Source: a virus
IMG/VR virus record: IMGVR_UViG_3300029448_008119
Location: 28,313-92,312 of that record
Direction: 5' to 3' (one strand)
Length of the DNA stretch: 64,000 nucleotides
The notes below the pieces were generated by a model. That model ran no database searches. It was given only the letters and a program-made list of their open reading frames with translations, and was not told the DNA's origin. Positions 9,413 through 19,627 of the stretch are shown here, in pieces (position 1 is the stretch's first letter; each line of letters opens with the position of its first letter). The position numbers were made by a program, and so were the translations under genes.

Positions 9413-10456
9413 ATGATTGAGGTATTGGCAACTTATGATAGAGATAACAATATAACTGGAACTATCGAAGCTAACACCTTTGTTCCAGAATATGGTTCTG
9501 TAGTCTCGTTTCAAAATAAAAATGTTCACATTAGTACCGCCGACAATTTTTACAAAAAGTTCCCAAAAGGTTTAAATGGTACAGAAATAAAATTAAATTT
9601 AAAGTACTCAAACAAAACCGAAGAAGAGGCAAGATCTTTTTTAAGTTTTTTGGAAGATAGATCTAGGATTGAGGATGGCCTTATTGATTTTAATAGTCCC
9701 AATTCAAATAGCGTTGAATTAGCTTTTCCGACTGGAGACATATATACGGATTTTTCGGGATTTAATATAGAGAATTATGATTTTAGATTTCACGATGGGC
9801 TTTTTGATATAGATTTGAAAGTGATGAAAAATTCACACTCTTCTTTTATAAACTGGAGCGGTTCTTCGTATTTAAATACTGATAATTTTCATAGTACTTG
9901 GTCTGATGCAACATCTTATTCTAAATTTGATGTCGTTTATTTTCCAAACTACAATACATCTGCGTATTCAAATTTTGATCCAGTTGCCAATAGAATTGAA
10001 AAGTTTTACTACTGTAATCAAAGCCACAATTCGAGCGAAGAAACAAGTCCAACAGGATCCAGCACAAAATGGACTAGATCTTTCTTTTATGATTTGGACG
10101 ACGATGTAAAAATAGCTACTGACAAAAAATCTGAGATAGTAAATTTTAAAAACTCATTTTCTTCTTTTGGAAAAACAAACGCTAATGCTGGTTTAATAAA
10201 AGGACTGACGTTGAATTTAAAAAACAGAACAGACAAGGAAACTAGATCAATCATCCATTTTTTAGAAAAACATGAAAACTTCATGCCTTTTGAATTGTCA
10301 ATACCGCAATTATATACAAGAAGAAAATTATTTGTTTGTGGCTCAATGAGCCATAAGTTTGTATATAAGAACTGCAATGATATAAACATTACAATAGATG
10401 AAGTAGTAAAGTTTAAGGCAGACCCTATGTTTGACAACCATCAGTATGACAATTAA
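9413..10456 (+). CDS. Distal tail protein, two lambda gpM-like halves around a small carbohydrate-binding-like insert
   Basis: Directly after tape measure; repeated motif LNLKYSNKTEEEARSFLSFLE / LNLKNRTDKETRSIIHFLE; W..ATSYSKFDVVY...YYC...H.S...P....W insert. Confidence 0.7.
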   Translation: MIEVLATYDRDNNITGTIEANTFVPEYGSVVSFQNKNVHISTADNFYKKFPKGLNGTEIKLNLKYSNKTEEEARSFLSFLEDRSRIEDGLIDFNSPNSNSVELAFPTGDIYTDFSGFNIENYDFRFHDGLFDIDLKVMKNSHSSFINWSGSSYLNTDNFHSTWSDATSYSKFDVVYFPNYNTSAYSNFDPVANRIEKFYYCNQSHNSSEETSPTGSSTKWTRSFFYDLDDDVKIATDKKSEIVNFKNSFSSFGKTNANAGLIKGLTLNLKNRTDKETRSIIHFLEKHENFMPFELSIPQLYTRRKLFVCGSMSHKFVYKNCNDINITIDEVVKFKADPMFDNHQYDN

Positions 10457-11483
10457 TGCAGACAGGCCAACAATAAGATATGAAAACGTTTCTTTACTAA
10501 AGGGCGGAGCGACTTCCTACTCAAATGCATCAAACAATGCTTCTTCAATAAAATTAGTTCCGCTTGTTCAAGATTTTTCTTTTAATTTTAATACCAAAAC
10601 GGAAGATATATTAACTCTAGGAAATAAATTTTACTCGAAGAGAATAAACAGATACGATGTAGATGTAAATTTAGACGTTACCTTGTTTGAAACGTTTGAA
10701 GATATGTTTTCTGGATTTTTTAGTGGAAACGCCCTTCTTGATGATTTAAACAAAGATGCTAGTTTTTACTTTTTAGTTGGTAAAAAGAAAAATTTTGATA
10801 ATTTTTCTGACGCAGATGAGACAATAAACTTTGGCAACGCATTTATTGAAAACTTTTCTCTTTCTCAGTCAAAAAATCAATTTTTATCTTCCAAGTATTC
10901 TTATAGCTGCAGCAATGTAAATGCCGAGGAATTAGTGTCTAATGATATAGCAAATCCAGCAATAGACTTAACGGGTACTCAGTTGCAAAATTTAACATCA
11001 ACACTGCCAGACGTACAATCTCTTTTAGATTCTCAGTCTAATTTACAGGATAAGGCATTTCCAGCTTACAAGACCAATGTATCTATATCTGGAATACAAT
11101 CCCAAGATATATTTCTAGTTAAGCCAGACATGGTACAAGATTTTAATCTTTCAATACCTTTTGATAGAAAGAAAATTTTTAAAATAGGAAAAAAATATCC
11201 CATACAAAGAAGATTTGTAGACACTACGGAGGCGTCTATTTCGATTTCGTGTATAACTTCAGAGTTTGTTTTAAATGGAAGCGATTCTAATTTAAAAAGT
11301 TTTTTAACTCAAAACGATTCTTATGTAATCAATTTAAACTTCTTAAGTGAAGGATCTCAATCTCAAAATTTTGAAATATCTGCAGCAAGGTTAAATTCTA
11401 ACTCACAATCAGCATCTTTAAGCCAAGATCTAAACGGCTCCTTTTCTTTCGATTTTAATCCTTTTGATTTTAAAAGACTGTAA
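10446..11483 (+). CDS. Tail-tube-like protein (paralogue 1)
   Basis: Beta-rich with internal duplication (VQDFSFNF / VQDFNLSI); clearly paralogous to the next gene; ATG 10446 preferred to TTG 10431. Confidence 0.55.
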   Translation: MTINADRPTIRYENVSLLKGGATSYSNASNNASSIKLVPLVQDFSFNFNTKTEDILTLGNKFYSKRINRYDVDVNLDVTLFETFEDMFSGFFSGNALLDDLNKDASFYFLVGKKKNFDNFSDADETINFGNAFIENFSLSQSKNQFLSSKYSYSCSNVNAEELVSNDIANPAIDLTGTQLQNLTSTLPDVQSLLDSQSNLQDKAFPAYKTNVSISGIQSQDIFLVKPDMVQDFNLSIPFDRKKIFKIGKKYPIQRRFVDTTEASISISCITSEFVLNGSDSNLKSFLTQNDSYVINLNFLSEGSQSQNFEISAARLNSNSQSASLSQDLNGSFSFDFNPFDFKRL

Positions 11484-12976
11484 TGACCGCAAGAAGATTA
11501 GTAAATAGGTCGGACGATATTGCTATATTTTATAGCGACGACCAGTTCAGCCAAGAACAAATGAATCATGGTAGCGGTATGTATTTTTTACCAGCTGTTC
11601 AAGATTTAAAATTTGGATTTGATGGATTGACTAAAAAAAACAAATCAATCGGATCAAGAAATCAAAGTTTTACTTACCCTAACCAAGCACCAGACATTTC
11701 TGTAGATATTTCTATACTAGAAAATTTTGAAACCCTATTTGAAGACGTTTTTACTGGAGGAAATCTGTTGCACAATTTCGACAGTGGGAAGAATTTTTAT
11801 TTTTTGATAAGTACAGACGAAGAAAGAACGGCATTAAGTAGATACAAAAACTCGATATCTGTAGGAAATTGTTTTTTAGATTCTGTAAATATAAGTCAAA
11901 GTATTAATGGAGTTTTAAAAAGTGATTATTCTTATGTTGGAAGTAATATACTTGCCCAAGAATATCAAGGGACTAGCGTAACTGATACTAGTGATATTAA
12001 CTTTTTTCAACCGATACCATCGAAGCCGCGCAGTTATAAAACTTTTATAGAATTAGCGAATAAAGCTGATGGTTCAAGTAGTCGGGACACACAAAATTTA
12101 ACGATAAAGGTAACCACCTTACCTCAAAATTTTGCTAGATATCGCATAGTAAAAACTGTAGCTAATGGTAATTTTTCCTTTAGTAGTAGTAAGCCCTTAT
12201 ATTTAGGATTCCAGACTATCACAGTGCCTGCTGTCGGATTTGATCGAAATGTTAGAATCCAATTTAGTAGTGATTCTATTGAGTTCGATTTCTTGCATGT
12301 AAACGGTCAGGCGCTTTGGCCATCTAGCGATCCAAGTTTAAGTAATAGATATATATCTAGTAGTGGTCTGGCCCCTTCTGTTAATTCAACTGGAGATCAA
12401 GAGCCTGTTGGTAATTTTTTCTTTAGCGGTATAAATCAAGAAATATCTAGTTCTAATTATTATGGAGAATTTACTGCTGGAAGAAAAACATTTGTAAAGG
12501 TAAGCGGGGTAGGCACTGACACTTCTTTTTTAATAACCCCTAATAATGTGCAATCTTTTGATATTGCATTAAACCTTAATCGAAAAAGGATAAATTCTGT
12601 AAATAAGTTTTTTCCCATGGGAAGGAAGGCTACGCCGCCCTTTTTAGGGACTATATCTTTAGAAAATAAATTTTCAGATATAGAAACTGGAGATTCTTTT
12701 ATAAATTTTTTAAAAAATCCAGAAGAGTACCATATTAGCATAAGTGGTGAAAAATTTAACGGCAAAAGCTTTATGTTTGATATCCCTAAGGCTTTTTTGC
12801 AGTCAAAAAATGTTCAAGGTTCAATTTCTTCAAATTTATCAGAAAAAGCTAATTTTATATTTGGTCTGGATAGCGTGAGTGTTTTAACTGATCTGACCTC
12901 TATAAACCTATGGAGTAGGAACAATGGTACAATTTGGGACGATAATGACTTTATTTGGAACACTATTAACGATTAA
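11483..12976 (+). CDS. Tail-tube-like protein (paralogue 2) with an inserted ~110-aa domain
   Basis: Aligns with 10446 ORF (PAVQDLKFGF, ENFETLFE, GNCFLDSVNISQS, VQSFDIAL) apart from the insert. Confidence 0.55.
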   Translation: MTARRLVNRSDDIAIFYSDDQFSQEQMNHGSGMYFLPAVQDLKFGFDGLTKKNKSIGSRNQSFTYPNQAPDISVDISILENFETLFEDVFTGGNLLHNFDSGKNFYFLISTDEERTALSRYKNSISVGNCFLDSVNISQSINGVLKSDYSYVGSNILAQEYQGTSVTDTSDINFFQPIPSKPRSYKTFIELANKADGSSSRDTQNLTIKVTTLPQNFARYRIVKTVANGNFSFSSSKPLYLGFQTITVPAVGFDRNVRIQFSSDSIEFDFLHVNGQALWPSSDPSLSNRYISSSGLAPSVNSTGDQEPVGNFFFSGINQEISSSNYYGEFTAGRKTFVKVSGVGTDTSFLITPNNVQSFDIALNLNRKRINSVNKFFPMGRKATPPFLGTISLENKFSDIETGDSFINFLKNPEEYHISISGEKFNGKSFMFDIPKAFLQSKNVQGSISSNLSEKANFIFGLDSVSVLTDLTSINLWSRNNGTIWDDNDFIWNTIND

Positions 12977-12988
12977 TATTTTCTTTTC

Positions 12989-12994
12989 GTGTAA
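12989..12994 (+). promoter_or_regulatory. GTGTAA putative late promoter element
   Basis: 8 nt before ATG 13003. Confidence 0.7.
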
Positions 12995-13002
12995 TTATAG
13001 AT

Positions 13003-16000
13003 ATGGCAAACCTTGAAGGAAAAAGAATAGATTCAACATATGTTTATGTGTTGAATTCAGATCCAAATACGGCTATAGTAACAAATGGTGACGGAAGTGC
13101 TGTGAATTGGCACAAAAATTTAATAGTGTTACAAACTGGAAATCAAACCATTTCTGGTGTCAAAAACTTTGAATCTATACCTAAATATCAAGGATTAGAT
13201 ATTGTATATAAAAATAATCCACTTTCTGGACTTGGCGAGGGCGTTTTGCACCAGGCTCAAAATTCTAACGGGTCTATTATATTAGCTGGTAATATTAATA
13301 ATCTAAGTGGAAACTATTCTGTAATTTTAGCAGGAGAAGGACACGGATTGACTGGGGACAGGTCTGCGATTTTAGTTGGAGTAAATAACTTATTGACGGG
13401 AGATAGGTCTTTAATTGGAGCTGGATCTGGCAATTATGTAAGTGGAGATAATTCATCAATAGCAGGTGGAAAAGAAAACTCCGTGCAAGGCTCTGATTCT
13501 TTTATAGCTGCTGGATTTGATAATAAAATATTTTCTAATAAATCTATAATTGGGGCTGGAGATGAAAACAGGTGTCATTCTTTGGCAGGAGGAATTTTAG
13601 CAGGTCTAAATAATACAGTTAGTGGACAGAGGTCCGTCATAGGTGGTGGGTTTCAAAATGAAGCCGTGGGAGACATTTCTGCTATATTAGGAGGAAGAGA
13701 TAATCAAGTTCAAGAACACACTTATTCTAGTAACGTATTGGGTGGCAGATCAAATAAGGTAACTTCTGGAGACTATTCTTCTATAGCGGGTGGTCATCAA
13801 AATATTGTAAGTGGGTCTTTTTCTGCTATAGTTGGTGGAATCTTAAACAGTGTTGAAAATTCAGACAATTCTATAATTGGTGTAGGTACTGGCAATCTAA
13901 TAAAAGACTCAACTGGTGCAGCTTTATTTGGGGGTAACTCAAATATGGTTAGCGGCAATAGAAGTGTCCTTATTGGCGGCGGTGGAAATAAAGTTTTTGG
14001 GGACGAAATAGTCCTAATGGGTGGCAAAACAAATACTGCAAGCGGCGAATTTGCAACGCTTTTTGCTGGTGAAAATAACAATGTAACAGGTATAGCATCA
14101 ACAATCGTAGCTGGTAGAGAAAATAATATTCAAAACTCTAACGATAGTTCAATCATTGCTGGAAGTGGCCAGTTGATTGCTGGCGCTTTAAGATCTTCAA
14201 TTCATGGGGGGAGGGATAATACAAATACAAATTCTCATGATTCTTCTATAACTGCAGGAACTGGCAATACTTTAACAAGCAATACAAATTCGTTAATTGG
14301 CGCTGGAAGATCTAATACATTACAAAGCTCTCATGATTCAACCATTAACGCTGGAACTGGAAATACTATAGCATCATCTCAAAAATCTTTTATTGCAGCT
14401 GGACATACCAACGATATATTAAACTCTCTTCATTCTTCAATTAATGCTGGACATACAAATAAAATTACAGGATCTAATTACTCTTTTGTTTCAGCTGCAA
14501 TTTCAGGTCAAATTTTACAATCAACTGGCTCTGCAATTATTGCTGGGCTAGATAATAAAATTACAGGATCTATAGATTCTTTTATTGGAGGAGGAAATAG
14601 AAATTTAATAAGTAAGTCAGATAACTCTCTAGTTGGAACATCAGACGATTCTGTGATAGATATAAATACAGATGTAATTTTTACTTTTACTGGTTTTTCT
14701 AACGAAACCCTTGGGCACAAAAAAATAGTAGAACGAGGATTTGCATCAGACTTTACCAAATTTCCGTTTGCAGATATTAGTTCAGCTTCGTCGTTTTCGA
14801 ACTTTTCTGACGATGATTATACTTATTCTGATCAAGCTGGTTTTGAAAGAGTTTCGGGTTTGTGGCTTCAGGAAAAACGTTTTGACGAACCTGTATACGC
14901 GTCTATTTTAAATGGAAAAGAAAATAAAATCGAATCTGATTTTTCTACTATTTTAAATGGCTCTGGAAATGAATTGGCTGGAGCAAACTCAGTAATATTT
15001 GGCATAAACAATAAAGCTTCTGGTCATAATTCATACATTCTTGGAGGGACTGGTAATAAAATCAATTTAGGGTTTTTGCCAACTGGTTTAGTAGAAAATT
15101 TTAGTTTTGGGTTTGGTTTAACAAGAAATTATGAAAATTACAATACAATAATTGCTGGAGAAAATAATGAAATAGGCGCCAATGAGATTGGAGAAGTATT
15201 TGCAACTTTTGCTGGGGGATTTTTTGAGGGTGTACAAAATAGACATGTTCATATATTCGGAGGAGAGAAAAACTCTGCAAACGGAATAAGTAATTTTATA
15301 TTAAACGGCAAAAGAAACACTATACATGCAACGACTTTTTCTCCGCGTGCAGAATTTAACATTTCAGAATTTACAGCAGGTGACCAAGAGATTACTCAGT
15401 TTCATATACCAGAGCTAAGCGGGGTATTTGCAACTGATTTTATCCGCCATCAAAGTACGAAGAGACAAACCTACGAGGGTCACTCTTTTATTTCTTCTTC
15501 GGTTGGATGTACTACGCACGGAACATTTTTGTCAATAAATAATTCTATAAATTCAGATATAGAAAGTGGGCAAAAATTTAATAATAATTCAGTTTCTTCT
15601 ACTCAGGATGCTTATCCATTCTTTTGTAATGTGAACGGTAGTCTTGGCTCTTTAATTAAAGGGTCTCATTATGCTTCAATCTTTAATGGTATCGGAAATG
15701 AAATTTTGGAGGCTGATAATAGCTTTAGAATCAGTAATATCAACTCAACCATTTTAAATGGAAACAGAAATAAGATTGTTGGCAATGGCCCAGAGTTTGA
15801 CGCGGTAGACTCGACGATTAATAATACATACTGTACGATTTTAAATGGGCTGAGAAACGAACTTTATAACAAAAAATCTACAATTATAAATGGCTTAGAT
15901 AACATATCGTCTGGTAGGTCAACTTTAATTTTTGGTGACGACAATATTATTTCCGCTAGTGAGTTTGTTGATTCTCCAGCTGTGTCTTTTATATTTGGAA

Positions 16001-17142
16001 AAGCAAATACTATGAGTGGGGCAGCATTCACTACACAGCAGACAAGGCAAGACGGTAATTATATATTTGGAAGAAAGAATGAACTTAAAAACTGCTCTAG
16101 TGTGTTTGCTATTGGTGGTCATAAATTTACTGATGCTGGAAATACAATTTTGGTTGACAATAAGTTTATTCTGTGTCGTGATGTTTTTTCTTTTAATAAC
16201 GAGGTATCTGAAATTGCTGATTGCAATGACTCAAATATGGGTAATATAGTGTCTTCATATATAAGTGGAGTGTCTAATTCGTCACTGCAAAATATACGCA
16301 ATGTTACCACCTCACAGATTTTCGATGGACGATTAAATGTTGTAGATAGATCCACTATCCAAGCAAATATTTGTGATTTCTGTAACGTTTCTGATACAAC
16401 TATATCTGGAGTTAACACGTCTGCTCTTTTTAATGTTACTCACAGTGATATAACTGGCATGTCACATTCGCGTGTTCAAGGTTCCTATAATAAAATAGGC
16501 AACCTAAGCAATAATAACTGCGTCGACGATACGCAGATATTTGGAAATCATATTAATATAACTGGAAGAGTAGGTCTTGACGGGTCAAACATACATGGCG
16601 ACAATATTGATTTTAAAGTTAAGAATGAAGGAAATTTCTGCGACTATTCAAATATCGACATTCTTGGTAGCAACCACTCAATGTTTGGAAATCAAGGTGA
16701 TATGTTTCAAATAACGATTAGGGGAGGCAGTAATAATATTACAACATCAAGTCGTCTTTTTCTGCACGGTTCACAAATTGATGTAGAAGACTCGAATGAC
16801 TCTTTTTTCTTTGGAAAAAATATAGACTCAACTGGGGATAGTACTTTTATTTTCGGCGAAAAGATAAAATCTGAATTTAAGGGAGGATCTGTAATAAGAG
16901 ACAGTAATCCAGAAGGCTCATTCCTTGAATCTAAGGGGCAAGATACTCTTTTACTTAGCTTTGCAAAAGGAACTTATTTAAATATGCCATCGGGCAATTC
17001 AAGCAATACCACCCCAAATGATGGAGTCCCAGGATCTCTCTTGTATAGTGGAGAGTTTTTACTGGTAAAAACTGGACTTGGCTCAGCGACTAATAGTAAT
17101 CCGCATGGATGGGGCAAAATACAAATATCGTCCCTGGATTAA
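13003..17142 (+). CDS. Tail fibre / receptor-binding protein with YadA-like beta-roll repeats
   Basis: 1379 aa; dozens of 14-15-aa S-x-I-x-(G/A)G-x-x-N repeats; N-terminal GNQTISGVKNF fibre motif. Confidence 0.8.
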   Translation: MANLEGKRIDSTYVYVLNSDPNTAIVTNGDGSAVNWHKNLIVLQTGNQTISGVKNFESIPKYQGLDIVYKNNPLSGLGEGVLHQAQNSNGSIILAGNINNLSGNYSVILAGEGHGLTGDRSAILVGVNNLLTGDRSLIGAGSGNYVSGDNSSIAGGKENSVQGSDSFIAAGFDNKIFSNKSIIGAGDENRCHSLAGGILAGLNNTVSGQRSVIGGGFQNEAVGDISAILGGRDNQVQEHTYSSNVLGGRSNKVTSGDYSSIAGGHQNIVSGSFSAIVGGILNSVENSDNSIIGVGTGNLIKDSTGAALFGGNSNMVSGNRSVLIGGGGNKVFGDEIVLMGGKTNTASGEFATLFAGENNNVTGIASTIVAGRENNIQNSNDSSIIAGSGQLIAGALRSSIHGGRDNTNTNSHDSSITAGTGNTLTSNTNSLIGAGRSNTLQSSHDSTINAGTGNTIASSQKSFIAAGHTNDILNSLHSSINAGHTNKITGSNYSFVSAAISGQILQSTGSAIIAGLDNKITGSIDSFIGGGNRNLISKSDNSLVGTSDDSVIDINTDVIFTFTGFSNETLGHKKIVERGFASDFTKFPFADISSASSFSNFSDDDYTYSDQAGFERVSGLWLQEKRFDEPVYASILNGKENKIESDFSTILNGSGNELAGANSVIFGINNKASGHNSYILGGTGNKINLGFLPTGLVENFSFGFGLTRNYENYNTIIAGENNEIGANEIGEVFATFAGGFFEGVQNRHVHIFGGEKNSANGISNFILNGKRNTIHATTFSPRAEFNISEFTAGDQEITQFHIPELSGVFATDFIRHQSTKRQTYEGHSFISSSVGCTTHGTFLSINNSINSDIESGQKFNNNSVSSTQDAYPFFCNVNGSLGSLIKGSHYASIFNGIGNEILEADNSFRISNINSTILNGNRNKIVGNGPEFDAVDSTINNTYCTILNGLRNELYNKKSTIINGLDNISSGRSTLIFGDDNIISASEFVDSPAVSFIFGKANTMSGAAFTTQQTRQDGNYIFGRKNELKNCSSVFAIGGHKFTDAGNTILVDNKFILCRDVFSFNNEVSEIADCNDSNMGNIVSSYISGVSNSSLQNIRNVTTSQIFDGRLNVVDRSTIQANICDFCNVSDTTISGVNTSALFNVTHSDITGMSHSRVQGSYNKIGNLSNNNCVDDTQIFGNHINITGRVGLDGSNIHGDNIDFKVKNEGNFCDYSNIDILGSNHSMFGNQGDMFQITIRGGSNNITTSSRLFLHGSQIDVEDSNDSFFFGKNIDSTGDSTFIFGEKIKSEFKGGSVIRDSNPEGSFLESKGQDTLLLSFAKGTYLNMPSGNSSNTTPNDGVPGSLLYSGEFLLVKTGLGSATNSNPHGWGKIQISSLD

Positions 17143-17306
17143 GTTTCTGAATCTGCTGAAGAATTTTCTTTTTCAACCTCTTCAGATTGTAACTTTGATT
17201 CAATAATCTTCATTATCTGTTGAACCTTGTTTAATTCTTTAATTGGAAAATCTGTAAGGATTGTATTAATTAAGTTAATTTCTTCTTGTTCTAGTATTGA
17301 TTTCAT
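17139..17306 (-). CDS. Small hypothetical protein (55 aa)
   Basis: Hand-translated MKSILEQEEINLINTILTDFPIKELNKVQQIMKIIESKLQ...; fills the gap, shares the TTAA stop with the convergent fibre gene; below the ORF-track cutoff. Confidence 0.65.
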   Translation of the reverse strand: MKSILEQEEINLINTILTDFPIKELNKVQQIMKIIESKLQSEEVEKENSSADSET

Positions 17307-17320
17307 TTTTTATAATAATT

Positions 17321-17734
17321 TTAAATTTCTATATTTATACCCTTTTTTGAGGCTTTTTCTACAGCTTTGTTGAATTTTTCTTTTTGCTCTTGAGGGTGAA
17401 GTTTGCCGTTGGTCATTTTTTTATAATCGTCATATGATTTTTGTTTTACTGGATCAACGCCTCCAGCTTGTTGGGCTCTCATTTCAGACGCTTCAGCGCT
17501 ACGTTCAAAAAGCTGTCCATATGTGTCGTTTTTACCAACAGTTGAAGCTCTAAATGATGATTGACTAAATGGATCGAGTTTGGTGTCTGTACACATATTA
17601 GGATTAACGTATATGCGCCTCCAGAGGCCTTTCTCCGATTCATCCTCACCGTTGTACTCGTGAGTGTCGTTCATCGCTTGTAGGACCTCTAAGACCTCTC
17701 CAGTCTCTTTGTTTTCATATAAATATAAGGGCAT
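17321..17734 (-). CDS. FmdB-like small protein lacking the zinc-ribbon cysteines
   Basis: MPLYLYENKETGEVLEVLQAMND matches the FmdB N-terminal pattern MPxYxY-CxxC-GxxFE without Cys. Confidence 0.55.
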   Translation of the reverse strand: MPLYLYENKETGEVLEVLQAMNDTHEYNGEDESEKGLWRRIYVNPNMCTDTKLDPFSQSSFRASTVGKNDTYGQLFERSAEASEMRAQQAGGVDPVKQKSYDDYKKMTNGKLHPQEQKEKFNKAVEKASKKGINIEI

Positions 17735-17739
17735 AACTA

Positions 17740-17767
17740 ATTATAAAAAAGCCCCCGACATTTTCAA
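17740..17767 (-). promoter_or_regulatory. Sigma70-like promoter TTGAAA-N16-TATAAT overlapping the terminator
   Basis: -10 box ends 5 nt before ATG 17734. Confidence 0.6.
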
Positions 17768-17778
17768 TCGAGGGCTTT
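17745..17778 (-). terminator. Intrinsic terminator after hsp20
   Basis: Minus strand AAGCCCTCGA-loop-TCGGGGGCTT followed by a T run. Confidence 0.75.
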
Positions 17779-17781
17779 GAT

Positions 17782-18147
17782 TTATTCTACTGAAATTTTA
17801 ACAGTTTTAGAATTTTCTGACTTAGGGAGCTTAATTTCAAGAATTCCGTTCTTTAACTTAGAGGATATCTTAGTAGCATCAATGTAATCAGTGTCAATTC
17901 TTAAACTAACAGCATCAGTTGGTTTTTCTTTTTCGTTCTTTACAAAAACCTTTAGAATACTTTTTCTTACATTTGCTGTAATGTCATCAGAGTCGAAGCC
18001 TACAATTATTTTTTTAATTAAATAAAAATCTTCTTCGTCTTTAATTTCTAGTGGACCTACATAACCTTTTCCTAGCTTACGGAAAGAATTATCGCTAAAG
18101 CCTTCGTGAAAGGCGTTTTCAATTTGATTTATTAATTGTGAATACAT
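17782..18147 (-). CDS. Small heat shock protein (Hsp20 / alpha-crystallin)
   Basis: C-terminal IDATKISSKLKNGILEIKLPK...KISVE signature; ATG 18147 preferred. Confidence 0.85.
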   Translation of the reverse strand: MYSQLINQIENAFHEGFSDNSFRKLGKGYVGPLEIKDEEDFYLIKKIIVGFDSDDITANVRKSILKVFVKNEKEKPTDAVSLRIDTDYIDATKISSKLKNGILEIKLPKSENSKTVKISVE

Positions 18148-18179
18148 AGACTTACTGTTTTGCAAAGCCCGTGCCAAAA

Positions 18180-19268
18180 TTAAGACATCTCTTCAATCCC
18201 TTTAAGTAAGCGGTCTACAGAGCGACTGTAAGAAAATTCGTCTTTTAGTTTCTCTCCTTCTGTGTTGATTTGTCCCTTTTTAGAGACAGCTAAATCCATG
18301 CACTCTGCCACATTGTCACTATTCCAAGTATAAATATTTCCTTGATTAAACGAAGAACCTTCTTGAAAAAACTTGCCATCATAACAAGGTTCAGTTCCGT
18401 TTGAGTCAACTAAAATAGAGTTGACATTATTGGCCCAGTCTTTGTGGGCAGTCTCATTTAGTACTATTGACCATTTACCCAAGCAAGAAGCATTAAATGC
18501 TGGTAAGTTCCAGCCCTCGGCGCCACTTAAACCAGTTAAGTCAATATCAATCGAATTTAGCAATTGATTAACTTCTGAATTAGATTTTAAATAAGGAAGA
18601 AAATTGATATTAGTATATCTTTTGCCTGACAAACAATTTGATAAAATACTATTCATTTCTTTTTCGTTAAAGAATGGGTTTGTGGCACAAACAGTAAGTT
18701 GAAACTTATTGTTATTTCCAAATTTAGAAAGCCAAAGTTTTATAATTTTTTCTGTATGTTTTCTTTTCTCAAATTTTCCCATTAGTCCAAAATGAATAAT
18801 TTCTGGACTCAATGAACCATTTTCTATTTTCTTAAAATCCTCGTCAAAACCAACAGGTATAACTGAAGCGTCTACTCCTTGATTCTTAAAAAGGTCTGCT
18901 GAATATTGACTAGAAAAATAAACTTTATCTTGAAGTTTTGCTAAATTAACTTCTGATTCAGTTGGCTGATCTAATTCATAAAAAGTATAAAGAGCCTGCT
19001 TAGGTCCTATTCTACTTTGGGAGCCATTTAAATGCCAAAGCTTAAAAGACGGAACATCTTTCTTTACTTTTAAATTAGCTGTTAGAGCTGATTCCTTCAA
19101 CCATTCAAAAAAGTCTTTGTCCATTTTATCAAAAGACTTAAAGTCTGTATTTCCTCCCAATGGAAATAAGTTAACATTAACACCCTTCCGCCATAATTGG
19201 CGGAGGATGTTATATGATACGTTCCCAAAAGAAAGGGAATTAAGGGGAGCCTCTACGCTTAAATCCAT
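18180..19268 (-). CDS. Glycosyltransferase, GT-B fold (GT4-like)
   Basis: GKFEKRK and SGAEGWNLPAFNASCLGK motifs (E-G-W-x-L-P of GT4). Confidence 0.8.
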   Translation of the reverse strand: MDLSVEAPLNSLSFGNVSYNILRQLWRKGVNVNLFPLGGNTDFKSFDKMDKDFFEWLKESALTANLKVKKDVPSFKLWHLNGSQSRIGPKQALYTFYELDQPTESEVNLAKLQDKVYFSSQYSADLFKNQGVDASVIPVGFDEDFKKIENGSLSPEIIHFGLMGKFEKRKHTEKIIKLWLSKFGNNNKFQLTVCATNPFFNEKEMNSILSNCLSGKRYTNINFLPYLKSNSEVNQLLNSIDIDLTGLSGAEGWNLPAFNASCLGKWSIVLNETAHKDWANNVNSILVDSNGTEPCYDGKFFQEGSSFNQGNIYTWNSDNVAECMDLAVSKKGQINTEGEKLKDEFSYSRSVDRLLKGIEEMS

Positions 19269-19627
19269 TAGAATGGAATTTCTTCGTCAGTTCCAGCGCT
19301 TGAAGTTTTAGCTTCTGCTTTGTCGTTCTTACCGCCCATAAATTGGACGTTATCAGCCTTGACATAAAGCTTGGACTGCTTCTTTCCATCTTTTTCCCAA
19401 GTGTCTTGGACTAACCGACCTTCAGCCAATACTTGACGACCCTTAGTAAGATACTGTTGACAAATGTCACCAAGCTTACTCCAAGCGTCTACGTCAATAT
19501 AGGAAACCTTATCCTTTTGACGAGCGTCATTTACTGCTACCACAAGACGAGTTACATTTGTTTCGCCAGCCTTGCGCGATTCTGGATCTCTTGCGAGATT
19601 TCCTACTATTACTGTTTTACTATACAT
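19268..19627 (-). CDS. ssb: Single-stranded DNA-binding protein
   Basis: IVGNLARDPE, LTKGRQVLAEGRL, acidic DEEIPF tail. Confidence 0.96.
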   Translation of the reverse strand: MYSKTVIVGNLARDPESRKAGETNVTRLVVAVNDARQKDKVSYIDVDAWSKLGDICQQYLTKGRQVLAEGRLVQDTWEKDGKKQSKLYVKADNVQFMGGKNDKAEAKTSSAGTDEEIPF

